In this document: positions 21,601 through 30,818 of the stretch, in pieces
How the letters are laid out: the number at the start of each line of letters is the position of its first letter
Numbering within the stretch: position 1 is the first letter of the stretch
Assembly (NCBI GenBank): GCA_041577295.1
Contig: JBFGJG010000007.1
Span: 54,923-118,922 of the forward strand
DNA length: 64,000 bases
Direction of reading: 5' to 3'
Source: Gemmatimonadales bacterium
GTDB taxonomy: Bacteria > Gemmatimonadota > Gemmatimonadetes > Gemmatimonadales > GWC2-71-9
Notes under the pieces: model-generated
Database searches by the model: none
Told to the model about the DNA's origin: nothing
Seen by the model: only the letters and a program-made list of their open reading frames with translations
Made by a program: the position numbers and the translations under genes

Positions 21601-23115
21601 GCGGCTATCGAACCCCATGATCTCACTGCGCCCGTGTCCGCCGGACCGTCGGCCCAATCGTCCGCCGCTGTCGCGACTGACCGGGAAGCGGCGATTCGCG
21701 ATCTCTTGCGAGGCCGCCTCGAGATCGTGGGGCCCTCTACGGCCGCCGCCCTCGCGGGTGATGTGGGCGTTCCGGTTTCTGATGTCGACATCGCGCTAGT
21801 CGCGCTGGAAGGTGAGGGTGTGGTGCTACGGGGTGCATTCACCCCGGTTGATGCATCGCACGATGACCGGTCACTCGAGTGGTGCGATCGCCGGCTACTG
21901 GCTCGCATTCACCGGTACACGCTGAACAGACTGCGAGCGGAAATCGAGCCTGTCTCAACTGCTGATTTCATGCGGTTCCTCTTCGCATGGCAGCACGTTG
22001 ATGCGGAGCATCACGTAATGGGTGTGGAGGGCCTTGCGGCGATCGTGGCGCAGCTGGACGGCTACGACTTAGCCGCGGGAGCGTGGGAGCCGGATGTGCT
22101 GTCCCGCCGCTGCGAAGAATATGATCCCCTCATGTTGGATACTCTGTGTCTCACGGGGCGGGTGGCGTGGGGCCGGGTTTCCCCGCCGGCCGAGCCGGGA
22201 AGCGGTCCCTTCGTCTCCGGACCACTCCGATCGACGCCGGTTGCGTTGTTCATGCGCGAACATGCGCAGTTGTGGCTCCACGCGGGGGCCTCCTCGGCGC
22301 TTTCGCTCTCGAGCAACGCTGCCGAGGTGTACCAGATCCTCGAGCGACGTGGCGCCTCCTTTTTCCACGAACTGGTGAATGAGGCGGGCTTGCTGCCAAC
22401 GCAAATCGAACAGGCGTTGGGTGAGTTGGTGGCGCTGGGAATGGTCTCCGCCGATAGCTTCGCTGGGCTACGGGCGCTGCTCATCCCATCGAGCAAACGT
22501 CGCCCGCGCGCCGGGGTGCGTCGCAAGCACAGGACGTCACCCTTTGGTGTCGAATCGGCTGGCAGGTGGGTGGTGATAAGACGGAAGGACGAAAGGAGGG
22601 ATGGGGGGGCAGTCAATGCGGAGAGTGATGCGATCGAATCCATCGCCCTCGTGCTCTTGCGTCGTTACGGAATTGTCTTCCGGCGATTGCTGACGCGTGA
22701 AAGTAACGTCCCGCCGTGGCGCGAACTCCTCCGGGTGTATCGACGTTTGGAGGCGCGTGGGGAGATTCGTGGCGGACGATTCGTTGCGGGTATGTCGGGA
22801 GAACAGTTCGCGCGTCCGGAAGCAGTAGGGCAGTTGAGAGCGATTCGCCGCTCCGAGCCCGCCGGTGACTTATACGGTATCTCGGCGGCCGATCCGCTTA
22901 ATCTCACAGGGATCGTGACGCCGGGCGACCGCGTCGCTGCTCTTGCGTCAAATCGGGTGGTGTACCGTGATGGTGTACCGGTGGCGGCCCGCGAGGGTGG
23001 CGCGTTCCGAGAGTTCACGCCGATTGACCCGCCGATGCGACACGACGTCGAGCGAGCGCTGGTGCGGAAGCGGGTGAGTCCGGCGCTGCGAGCTTATCTC
23101 GGAAACGTGGGGTAA
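18700..23115 (+). pseudogene. lhr: Lhr-family SF2 helicase (long form, ~1471 codons) interrupted by one in-frame TGA at codon 540 (20317-20319)
   Basis: [27 protein letters not shown] and QRVGRA. Track ORFs 18316-20319 and 20347-23115 are in the same frame and read GNTS*RILRVE across the junction. The C-terminus carries the typical RYG...LEARGEIRGGRFV..GEQFA. Confidence 0.8.
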
Positions 23116-23156
23116 TCTCCGCTCCGTTTTTCCTACACAGAACCCGGAGTATCTCG

Positions 23157-24041
23157 ATGTACCGATGCCTTTTCGGAGCCGTCGTGACTTTGTCGTGGTG
23201 GGCGACAGCGGATGCACAACAACGACATCCGTATCGGGTCGAACAGTCGATTACGACCGCCACCTTGTTTGCTCCTGGGGTGATCAACACCGATGCCGAT
23301 GAGTACGGTCCGGCGTTTGTCTTTGACGGCACCACGCTGTACTTCACCAAGCGCCACAACCGGGATGGAAACGAGTCCATCGTCTTTTCGCAGTTCCGCA
23401 ACGGTGTGTGGACGGGTCCCACCGTCGCACCGTTCTCCGGACATTATTACGACAAAGAGCCGTTTATCACACCCGATGGAGCCAAGCTGTTTTTTGCCTC
23501 GACGCGACCTGAGAGACCCGAGGGTCCAGACACTGCTTTCGACATTTACGTGGTCGAACGCGAGGGGATTACGTGGAGCCAACCGCGACGACTCAGCTCC
23601 CTTGTGAACTCGAACGATTATGACAACTACCCGTCAGCGGCGAGCAACGGCAACCTGTATTTCGGTTCACGCAGGGAAGGTGGTCTCGGCCGCATCGATC
23701 TGTACGTTGCACGGTTCGAAAGTGGGGAGTACCGTACGGCCGAGAACCTCGGGACGTTGATTAACTCACCCGCCACGGATGCCGATCCCTACATCGCGCC
23801 GGATGAGTCATATCTCATCTTCTCCTCCACGCGCGAGGGAGGGTACGGATCCGGCGATCTCTACATCAGCCACCGCCGCGGCAGATCCTGGACCGAGCCG
23901 CGCAATCTTGGCCACCTGGTGAACACGTCGGAGTTCGAGTACACGCCGCTGGTGACGCCGGATGGCCGATACCTCTTCTTTTCCCGCGGCTGGGGCGAGA
24001 TCTACTTCATTGAAGTCGAGGCATTAGGGATAAGGCGGTAG
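23157..24041 (+). CDS. Secreted TolB/PD40 (WD40-like) beta-propeller protein
   Basis: Signal peptide; repeated 'P..PDG..LFF.S.R' units. Confidence 0.85.
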   Translation: MYRCLFGAVVTLSWWATADAQQRHPYRVEQSITTATLFAPGVINTDADEYGPAFVFDGTTLYFTKRHNRDGNESIVFSQFRNGVWTGPTVAPFSGHYYDKEPFITPDGAKLFFASTRPERPEGPDTAFDIYVVEREGITWSQPRRLSSLVNSNDYDNYPSAASNGNLYFGSRREGGLGRIDLYVARFESGEYRTAENLGTLINSPATDADPYIAPDESYLIFSSTREGGYGSGDLYISHRRGRSWTEPRNLGHLVNTSEFEYTPLVTPDGRYLFFSRGWGEIYFIEVEALGIRR

Positions 24042-24107
24042 GACGGAAGGTTGAGACGAGTACCTGCAGATCCTCAGTCTTTCCGACCACCCGCCTCCGC
24101 CCTCTCA
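24034..24107. repeat. 8-nt repeat inverted element between convergent genes
   Basis: GGCGGTAG GACGGAAG ... CCTGCAGAT ... CTTTCCGA CCACCCGC; overlaps or abuts both stop codons. Confidence 0.6.
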
Positions 24108-25871
24108 GCGTCTCAGCACCCTTCCAGGTAGGTCTCCCGTCATCTCACCCTCCCGCACCACGTACCTGCCATTGACCAACACGTGAAGAATTCCAGCCGG
24201 GTATTGATGCGGCTTTTCGAAGGTGGCGCGGTCGGCGACAGTCCCCGGGTCGAACGCCACCAGATCGGCGAACGCACCGACCGTCACGGTCCCGCGGTGT
24301 TCCAGCCGTAGCAGTGCCGCCGGCATGGCGGTCATTTTGTGGATGGCGTGCTCGAGCGGCATGACCTTCCGTTCGCGGCAGTAGTATCCGAGCACGCGAG
24401 GATAGGTGCCGAAGTTCCTGGGATGCGGGGTACCACGTGCGAGTGGTCCGTCGATGGCGAGCGCTGATCCGTCCGAGCACACCATCCCGAGTGGGTGCGA
24501 TAGAAACCGTTCGGTGTTTTCTTCGCTCATCCCAAAGCCCACCATGCCTGTGCGATTGCGGTCGCCTCGCATGATCTCGAGCAGGAGCGCGTAGGGTTCG
24601 CTGTTGCGGTCCCGCGCAAGTGTGCCGAGGCGCTTTCCGACTGCCCAATCGAGCTCGGCCGATCCGGTTGATGTAATCTGAACGGCGTCCCACGATCCCA
24701 GCCCGTCGATCTTTGCACGCACCTCCCTCTCGATTCGTCGTGCGAGATTGCGATTGTCGAGTCGTGCGAGGAACGCTTCGGTACCACCATCCCGCGACCA
24801 TACGGGGAAGAGTGACGCCAACACCGTGCTATACGCAACGTAGGGGTACCGATCGTAGGTAACTTGAATACCGCCAGCTCTGGCTGCAGCCAGGGTTTCG
24901 AGGACCGGCTTCGCCTTCCACCAGTTTCGTTCGCCCTGTGCCTTGAGGTGGGAGATGTGAATGGGTACTCGTGCTGTGCGGCCTACATCCAGCGCCTCCT
25001 CCACAGCGCTGAACAAACGATCATCCTCGTTGCGCATGTGGCTCGCGTAGGGCAACCCCGTACCCCGCAGCTCCGCAGCGAGCGCCATGAGTTCGCTCGT
25101 GTGGGCGAAGGCTCCAGGAACGTATTCCAGGCCGCTGGAGAGACCGCAGGCGCCCTGGCGCACCGCCTCTGCCACGAGCTGCCGCATTTGGTCGAGTTCT
25201 TGGTCGGTTGGCTCGCGATGGACGGTGCCAATCACGTACTCTCGGACGGTTCCGTGGCCAACCATGCTGGCGAAGTTGACACCGATCCCGCGTCGCTCGA
25301 GCTGTGCGAAGAACCCTCCGAGATCGGAGAACTCGAGATTGATGCCGTATTCCCGCAGGAAGCTCTCAGCGGCTTCCCGCGCACGGTCCGGACGCCAAGG
25401 ACCAATGGAACCTCCGTCCTGGCCAGCAATCTCAGTGGTGACCCCTTGGCGGACCTTGCTTGGGGCTTGGGGGTCGACGAACAGCTCGAGATCCGTATGC
25501 GAGTGAACGTCGATGAATCCTGGAGCGAGGGCGAGCCCAGTGAGGTCGTGTACCCGTGCCCCCGGTGCTGCCACGCGCGGTCCCACCGCGCTGATGCGGT
25601 CCTCGGTGATGGCGATATCGAGGATGCGCGGCGGACCAGCGGTTCCATCGAACACCAACGCGTTGCGGAGTATCAGGTTGGCACGGTGGACGGTACGCGT
25701 TCCGGTGCGCCTGAGAATGGAGAGCGTGGATGGCGCGAGGGCGAAGGCTGCGGCGGTTGCTGTCGATTGAAGGAAGGACCGGCGTGTAAGAGGAGGGAAG
25801 GTGGGAAAGACGGAAGATTGAAAGGACGTATCTTTGCCTCCTTCCGGCCTTCTATCCTTCCGTTCTTCCAT
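24105..25871 (-). CDS. N-acyl-D-amino-acid deacylase (D-aminoacylase) family, Tat-exported
   Basis: TRRSFL Tat motif; PGFIDVHSH, SHMRNE, HISHLK and PHPRNFGTYPRVL. The start is uncertain because the first ~25 codons are repeat-derived. Confidence 0.9.
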   Translation of the reverse strand: MEERKDRRPEGGKDTSFQSSVFPTFPPLTRRSFLQSTATAAAFALAPSTLSILRRTGTRTVHRANLILRNALVFDGTAGPPRILDIAITEDRISAVGPRVAAPGARVHDLTGLALAPGFIDVHSHTDLELFVDPQAPSKVRQGVTTEIAGQDGGSIGPWRPDRAREAAESFLREYGINLEFSDLGGFFAQLERRGIGVNFASMVGHGTVREYVIGTVHREPTDQELDQMRQLVAEAVRQGACGLSSGLEYVPGAFAHTSELMALAAELRGTGLPYASHMRNEDDRLFSAVEEALDVGRTARVPIHISHLKAQGERNWWKAKPVLETLAAARAGGIQVTYDRYPYVAYSTVLASLFPVWSRDGGTEAFLARLDNRNLARRIEREVRAKIDGLGSWDAVQITSTGSAELDWAVGKRLGTLARDRNSEPYALLLEIMRGDRNRTGMVGFGMSEENTERFLSHPLGMVCSDGSALAIDGPLARGTPHPRNFGTYPRVLGYYCRERKVMPLEHAIHKMTAMPAALLRLEHRGTVTVGAFADLVAFDPGTVADRATFEKPHQYPAGILHVLVNGRYVVREGEMTGDLPGRVLRR

Positions 25872-25873
25872 CC
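25794..25873. repeat. Inverted pair of 8-nt repeat arrays
   Basis: GGGAAGGT GGGAAAGA CGGAAGAT TGAAAGGA ... CCTTCCGG CCTTCTAT CCTTCCGT TCTTCCAT. Confidence 0.7.
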
Positions 25874-25879
25874 TACGCT

Positions 25880-27178
25880 CTATCGCACAACCCTCGTCTT
25901 ACGCCTCATGAAGTCCATCAAGATGTATTGACCGAGGGTCATGGTGTTGGTGAAGTAGGCCTTGCCGCGACAGATTTCGCAGACCTTCTTCACGAATTCC
26001 ACCAGTGCGCGTTCTCGGGCCAGCATGAAGGTGTTGATCATGATGCCGGCCCGTCGGCAAATGGCGACCTCTCGGTACGTCGCTTTGAGAATTCGTGGAT
26101 CCAGCCCCATGGAGTTCACGTAGACTCGACCATCCGGCAGCGTGAGCGCCGATGGCTTTCCGTCTGTGATCATGATGATCTGGCGCATGTCCTTTTTCTG
26201 AGAGAGGAGAATGCGCCGGGAGAGCTGTAAGCCCTCGGCGGTATTGGTGTGATAGGGCCCCACCTGGGCGTGCGCCAGCTTACCAAGTGGAATCTCTTCC
26301 GCGCCGTCATGGAAGAGAACGACGCGTATCGTGTCGCCTGGGAACTGGGTACGAATCAGATGTGTAAGTGCGAGTGCCACTTTTTTCGCAGGGGTGAAGC
26401 GATCTTCGCCATAGAGGATCATCGAGTGTGAACAGTCGAGCATCAGCACGGTCGCCGCGCTCGATCGGTATTCCGATTGATGCACCATGAGGTCCGGATA
26501 GTCGAGATCGATCGGCACCTTGAGCCCGCCACGAGCGATGGCGTTTGAGAGTGTGGCGCTCACGTCCATGTTGAGTGTGTCGCCAAACTCGTAGGGCTTC
26601 GAGACGGCCTCAGCCTCTACACCCGTTGAGAAATACGGCGTATCGTGGCTTCCGAAGCTGGACTTGCCGACACTGCCTAACAGGTGACGAAGCGCGCGGT
26701 AGCCCAGAAAGTCGATGCCTTTCTCGGTCAGGTTGAAATGCACCTGCTGCGCGGCGGAATGGGCCTGGCCTCCAGGTCCAAACACTTGTTGGTGCCCTTC
26801 AGGCATTTGTGGTGACTGGTTGACGTTGAGGTAGCCTTCGTCGACGAGCTTTTGCACGATCTGGTCGAGCAAATCCGCCAACTGTTGCTGAATCGCATCA
26901 TCACGTTCGGCATCGCCAGTGCTGTCACCACGCAACACCTGCAACATCTCCGGTGTGAGTTTCCCCGATTCCATCAGCGCCTGGAGAATGGCCTGCTTGA
27001 GCGCATCGAGTGAGCGATCCTGCTCCTCGTCACCGAACTGTCCCCAGTACGGGTGATAGAAAGGTCCGCCGGCAAAACCCGACTGCAGGAGGAAATCGCT
27101 CAACTCATCGAGCAGATCCTGCATGTTGATCGCATCGATCAGCTCGGGGATGTACTTGGAGTACGTTGTGTATCTCAT
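25880..27178 (-). CDS. VWA-domain protein (Rv0959-like partner of the chelatase-type AAA+ ATPase)
   Basis: MIDAS DCSHS, TNT and ITDGKP; 'YEFGDTLN.D'; GAGGTG RBS. Confidence 0.88.
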   Translation of the reverse strand: MRYTTYSKYIPELIDAINMQDLLDELSDFLLQSGFAGGPFYHPYWGQFGDEEQDRSLDALKQAILQALMESGKLTPEMLQVLRGDSTGDAERDDAIQQQLADLLDQIVQKLVDEGYLNVNQSPQMPEGHQQVFGPGGQAHSAAQQVHFNLTEKGIDFLGYRALRHLLGSVGKSSFGSHDTPYFSTGVEAEAVSKPYEFGDTLNMDVSATLSNAIARGGLKVPIDLDYPDLMVHQSEYRSSAATVLMLDCSHSMILYGEDRFTPAKKVALALTHLIRTQFPGDTIRVVLFHDGAEEIPLGKLAHAQVGPYHTNTAEGLQLSRRILLSQKKDMRQIIMITDGKPSALTLPDGRVYVNSMGLDPRILKATYREVAICRRAGIMINTFMLARERALVEFVKKVCEICRGKAYFTNTMTLGQYILMDFMRRKTRVVR

Positions 27179-27234
27179 GGCACCTCGACCTCGGGCTCTT
27201 TGTTCAAAACTGGGGAGGCTGTAAAGTTCCCGCA

Positions 27235-28581
27235 ATGATGGACGGGACCTCACATCCCCCGCCCCCTCCCGACGGCGGTACTGGCGAAGGTCGGCAGGAC
27301 GAAACGCGAGGTACAGACTTGCCGTCCTTCCGCCCTTTCGTCCAACCGCCCTCGATCCGCGCCCCCTCTCCCCGCCCATCGCCATTTGCCGCGCTCGGCC
27401 ACCGGAATTTTCGGATCTTTTTTTCCGGCTACATCGTCTCGCTCGTGGGCGTGTGGATGCACCGGGTGGCTCAAGCGTGGCTCGTGCTCGATCTCACAGA
27501 CTCTGCGTTTTATGTCGGATTGGTGGAGGCGCTCGGCGCCCTACCGGTTCTGCTCTTCACACTCTATGCCGGGGTCGTGGCAGACCGCGTGTCTAAGCAC
27601 CGACTGGTGATCGGGACGCAAAGTACGGCCATGATCATCGCAGTTGCGTTGTCGGCGGTGGTCCTCACCGGGGTCGTCGAGATCTGGCATGTCCTGTTGC
27701 TCGCTGGCCTGCTGGGTGTTGTGACCGCGTTCGACATACCCGCCCGGCAATCGTTCTTCGCGGAGCTCGTTGGGAAACGCGATCTCATGAACGCCATCGC
27801 GCTCAACTCGTCGGCGTTCAATGCCAGCCGAGTCATCGGCCCGGCGATCGCAGGATTCATCATCGCAGCGCTCGGTGTGGGTATCTGTTTTCTGATCAAC
27901 GCGGTCTCGTATGTCGCGGTACTCATCGCACTGCTCGCGATGCGGATTCCACCGTTCAAACAGACGAGCCAGAAACTGTCGACCTGGATCCGCATCTGGG
28001 ACGGGGTCCGCTACGTCACATCCGATCGACGAACGCGTCTCTTGATGGGCAACATCGCAGTGCTCAGCTTGTTTGGGTTTCCATTTGCAGTGCTCATGCC
28101 GGTCATGGCGCGGGACGTGTTGGGTGGTGGCGCTCAGGCGTACGGTTGGATGACCGCGGCGGTTGGTGTCGGTGCGGTGGTCGGTGCTCTCGGACTTGCG
28201 GCCTTTGGGCACGTGCTCCCGAAAGGCCGGATCATGGGGTGGACATCACTCAGCTTCGGCGTGCTCGTGGCACTCTTTGGTTTGATCCCAACGGTCGGCA
28301 CATCGCTCATCGTTCTCCTGCTTCTGGGGTTTGCCCAAATCTCCACCACTGCCGTGACCAACACGCTGATCCAGACCCTTGCCCCTGATGAGTTTCGGGG
28401 TCGGGTGGTCTCATTCTACACGTTCGCGTTTATGGGCTTTACGCCATTTGGCGCCCTGGGCGCTGGGGTAGCGGCGGAGACCCTGGGGCCGCGGATCGCG
28501 CTCGTGGTAGGCGGAGCGGTCTGTCTGCTCTTTGCATTGACGGTGGTATTGAGATCGCAGGAGCTAGCGGAGACGCACTAA
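27235..28581 (+). CDS. MFS transporter (MFS_3/DUF894-like)
   Basis: About 12 TM segments; 'FAALGHRNFRIFF', 'GVVADRVSK' and 'NAIALNS..FNASRVIGP'. Confidence 0.9.
   Translation: MMDGTSHPPPPPDGGTGEGRQDETRGTDLPSFRPFVQPPSIRAPSPRPSPFAALGHRNFRIFFSGYIVSLVGVWMHRVAQAWLVLDLTDSAFYVGLVEALGALPVLLFTLYAGVVADRVSKHRLVIGTQSTAMIIAVALSAVVLTGVVEIWHVLLLAGLLGVVTAFDIPARQSFFAELVGKRDLMNAIALNSSAFNASRVIGPAIAGFIIAALGVGICFLINAVSYVAVLIALLAMRIPPFKQTSQKLSTWIRIWDGVRYVTSDRRTRLLMGNIAVLSLFGFPFAVLMPVMARDVLGGGAQAYGWMTAAVGVGAVVGALGLAAFGHVLPKGRIMGWTSLSFGVLVALFGLIPTVGTSLIVLLLLGFAQISTTAVTNTLIQTLAPDEFRGRVVSFYTFAFMGFTPFGALGAGVAAETLGPRIALVVGGAVCLLFALTVVLRSQELAETH
27271..27351. repeat. Inverted pair of 8-nt repeat arrays in the MFS N-terminus / divergent region
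   Basis: GGCGGTAC..GAAGGTCG GCAGGACG ... CCGTCCTT CCGCCCTT TCGTCCAA CCGCCC. Confidence 0.55.
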
Positions 28582-28612
28582 GACGGAAGGAAGGTTCCGT
28601 CCTTCCGTCCTA
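28579..28612. repeat. Minimal 8-nt repeat hairpin joining two convergent stop codons
   Basis: TAA-GACGGAAGGA aggttccg TCCTTCCGTC-CTA: a perfect 10-bp stem whose arms each abut a stop codon. Confidence 0.75.
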
Positions 28613-29242
28613 TCCCCATCCTCTCATGTTGACTGCTTGCGCGATCATTTCCGCCACCTGTTCATATGTGAACACATCGGTATTGAACACGAGGTGGTAA
28701 TTGTTCGGGTCATCCCATCGCCGATTGTAATGCGTCTTGACGTACCGCTTGCGTCCCTCATCGATCTTGTTCACCGCGTCCTCGGCCTCGGCCCGCGTAA
28801 TGCCTAAGCGCTGCATCGCCGCGAGCACACGAGTCTCCCGTGAGCCGACGATGAAGACATGCAGGGTGTCGTCGCGCTGACCGAGGTACGCCTGCGCGCC
28901 CCGGCCAACAAGGATCACATTCCCTTCCTGAACCGTTTGAATGATCACCGCTTCTGTGACACGCACCAGCTCGTCCTCTTTGGCAAAGGTAGTGGCCGTA
29001 GCGTCGGCAGTAGCGACGAAAACTTCCGGAGACGAAACAGCGAGTGCGCGCGAAAGCCGTTCGATCAGGCCAGGTACCCTTTCCTCCCGGGCCTGAACTT
29101 CCTGTGGTGAGAGACCGGCCTGCTTGGCTACGCGATCGACAAACTCGTTGTCGACCACCGGCCACCCCAGTCGGTCGGCGAGAAGCTTCGCAACGTCAGA
29201 TCCTCCCGACGCATATTGTCGGGAGATAGTGACCACGGCCAC
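28610..29242 (-). CDS. Cytidylate kinase-like family protein
   Basis: 'VVTISRQYASGG', 'VILVGRGA' and 'WDDPNNYHLVFNT'. Confidence 0.88.
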   Translation of the reverse strand: MAVVTISRQYASGGSDVAKLLADRLGWPVVDNEFVDRVAKQAGLSPQEVQAREERVPGLIERLSRALAVSSPEVFVATADATATTFAKEDELVRVTEAVIIQTVQEGNVILVGRGAQAYLGQRDDTLHVFIVGSRETRVLAAMQRLGITRAEAEDAVNKIDEGRKRYVKTHYNRRWDDPNNYHLVFNTDVFTYEQVAEMIAQAVNMRGWG

Positions 29243-29250
29243 GCCACGAC

Positions 29251-30729
29251 CTATGCGAAGAGGTTGGGGCCTCCGCCTCCTTGTCCTTTCCCAAATGGGG
29301 GCGGACCGTCAGGGCGCGCCCGGGAATATCCGAGCTCCTCCGATCGAGAGATTCGTTTCTGTGCTACCAATCCCTCGAGAATGAGCTCACACGCCGATAC
29401 CACAGTCGCAGGGTCTTTCTTTGGGGCGAGCCCGGCTCCCTCGACGGCATCGAGCAATCCTGGAACGGTGGAGAACCCCTTCAAACACACATCCGCGCGC
29501 TCGTTCGGTGACACTTTCAGTGCGCCACCTTGATCGAACCACTCGACGATCTCGTCACAGTCGACGTTGCCGATCCGGACTTCGAACGTCCTGCCGGCAG
29601 CACGCCGAACGAGATCCCGTGCGATCGTCTCGGCACCTTGGAGCTCTCCCTCGTACTCGAGTTCGATCTTACCTGTGATCGACGGGAGGGCGCTATAGAC
29701 GTCGGAGATTCGTGGAACCACCCGCTTCTCTCGGGTGACGATACATCGTTGCTCGGCGTTGGAGATGACGTTCTCCAGTACACTGATCGGCACCCGCTGA
29801 CTGACACCGGACCGGCGGTCGATTCGCTTGTCCTCACGCGCCTCGAACGCCATGCGCTCGACGACTTCGTGAATGAAATCGGGCACTTCGATTGCTCGCC
29901 GCGTGCGCTCGAGCCACGCTTCCTGCTTCGTGATCGTTATACCGTGCTCGACGTCCGCAGGGTAGTGCGTCAAGATCTCGCTCCCAATCCGGTCTTTGAG
30001 TGGCGTGATGATCTTTCCACGCGCGGTGTAGTCCTCCGGGTTTGCGGTGAAGACCAGGAGTACGTCGAGCGGCAATCGGATGGGGTACCCTTTGATCTGC
30101 ACGTCCCCTTCCTGCATGATGTTGAACAACCCCACCTGAATTTTCCCCGCCAGATCCGGCAATTCGTTGATGGCAAAGATGCCGCGATTGCTTCGGGGGA
30201 GCAGCCCGAAGTGGATGGTCAGCTCGTCAGATAAGATGTGTCCACCACGAGCGGCTTTGATCGGATCGACGTCGCCAATGATATCCGCGATCGTGACATC
30301 CGGTGTTGCGAGTTTTTCGACATATCGGTTGTCACGGTGGATCCACTCGATGGGAGCGTTATCCCCATGTTCTTCCAACACCTGCCGACCGTACTTCGAA
30401 ATTGGGCGGAACGGATTGTCGTTGACCTCGCTGCCCGCGAGAATCGGAACTTCCTCATCCAGCAACTGCGCAAGCGCCCGCAGGATGCGACTCTTGGCTT
30501 GGCCGCGGAGGCCCAGGAGGATGAAGTTGTGACGCGCGAGGACGGCACTGATGACCTGTGGAACAACGGTATCCTCGTAGCCGACGATCCCCGGGAACAC
30601 CTCCCGGCCCTCCTCCAGCAGGCAGATGAGGTTCTCGCGCATCTCATCCCGCACTGTCCTGGCATGGCGGCACGGATCCGCCCACTCGGTCTCCTTTAGC
30701 TCACCCAACGTTCTCGGTCGATCGATCAT
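29251..30729 (-). CDS. Mg-chelatase subunit I-like AAA+ ATPase (Rv0958-like)
   Basis: Walker A GLRGQAKS; 'NRGIFAINELPDL' and 'TANPEDYTARGKIITPLKDR'. Confidence 0.9.
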   Translation of the reverse strand: MIDRPRTLGELKETEWADPCRHARTVRDEMRENLICLLEEGREVFPGIVGYEDTVVPQVISAVLARHNFILLGLRGQAKSRILRALAQLLDEEVPILAGSEVNDNPFRPISKYGRQVLEEHGDNAPIEWIHRDNRYVEKLATPDVTIADIIGDVDPIKAARGGHILSDELTIHFGLLPRSNRGIFAINELPDLAGKIQVGLFNIMQEGDVQIKGYPIRLPLDVLLVFTANPEDYTARGKIITPLKDRIGSEILTHYPADVEHGITITKQEAWLERTRRAIEVPDFIHEVVERMAFEAREDKRIDRRSGVSQRVPISVLENVISNAEQRCIVTREKRVVPRISDVYSALPSITGKIELEYEGELQGAETIARDLVRRAAGRTFEVRIGNVDCDEIVEWFDQGGALKVSPNERADVCLKGFSTVPGLLDAVEGAGLAPKKDPATVVSACELILEGLVAQKRISRSEELGYSRARPDGPPPFGKGQGGGGPNLFA

Positions 30730-30818
30730 GCGTCACTCTTGTCAAAGTCCATGTACAAGTTTGCCCGAGGCATGCGCTTCGGGCACTGTCGAGATATACC
30801 CTAGCGAGGGACTCGCGT

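Noticed and set aside
17401..23115. EEP nuclease plus Lhr as a DNA repair or defence module
   Set aside because: The EEP protein has a lipoprotein signal (exported) and is divergently transcribed, so a cytoplasmic partnership is unsupported.
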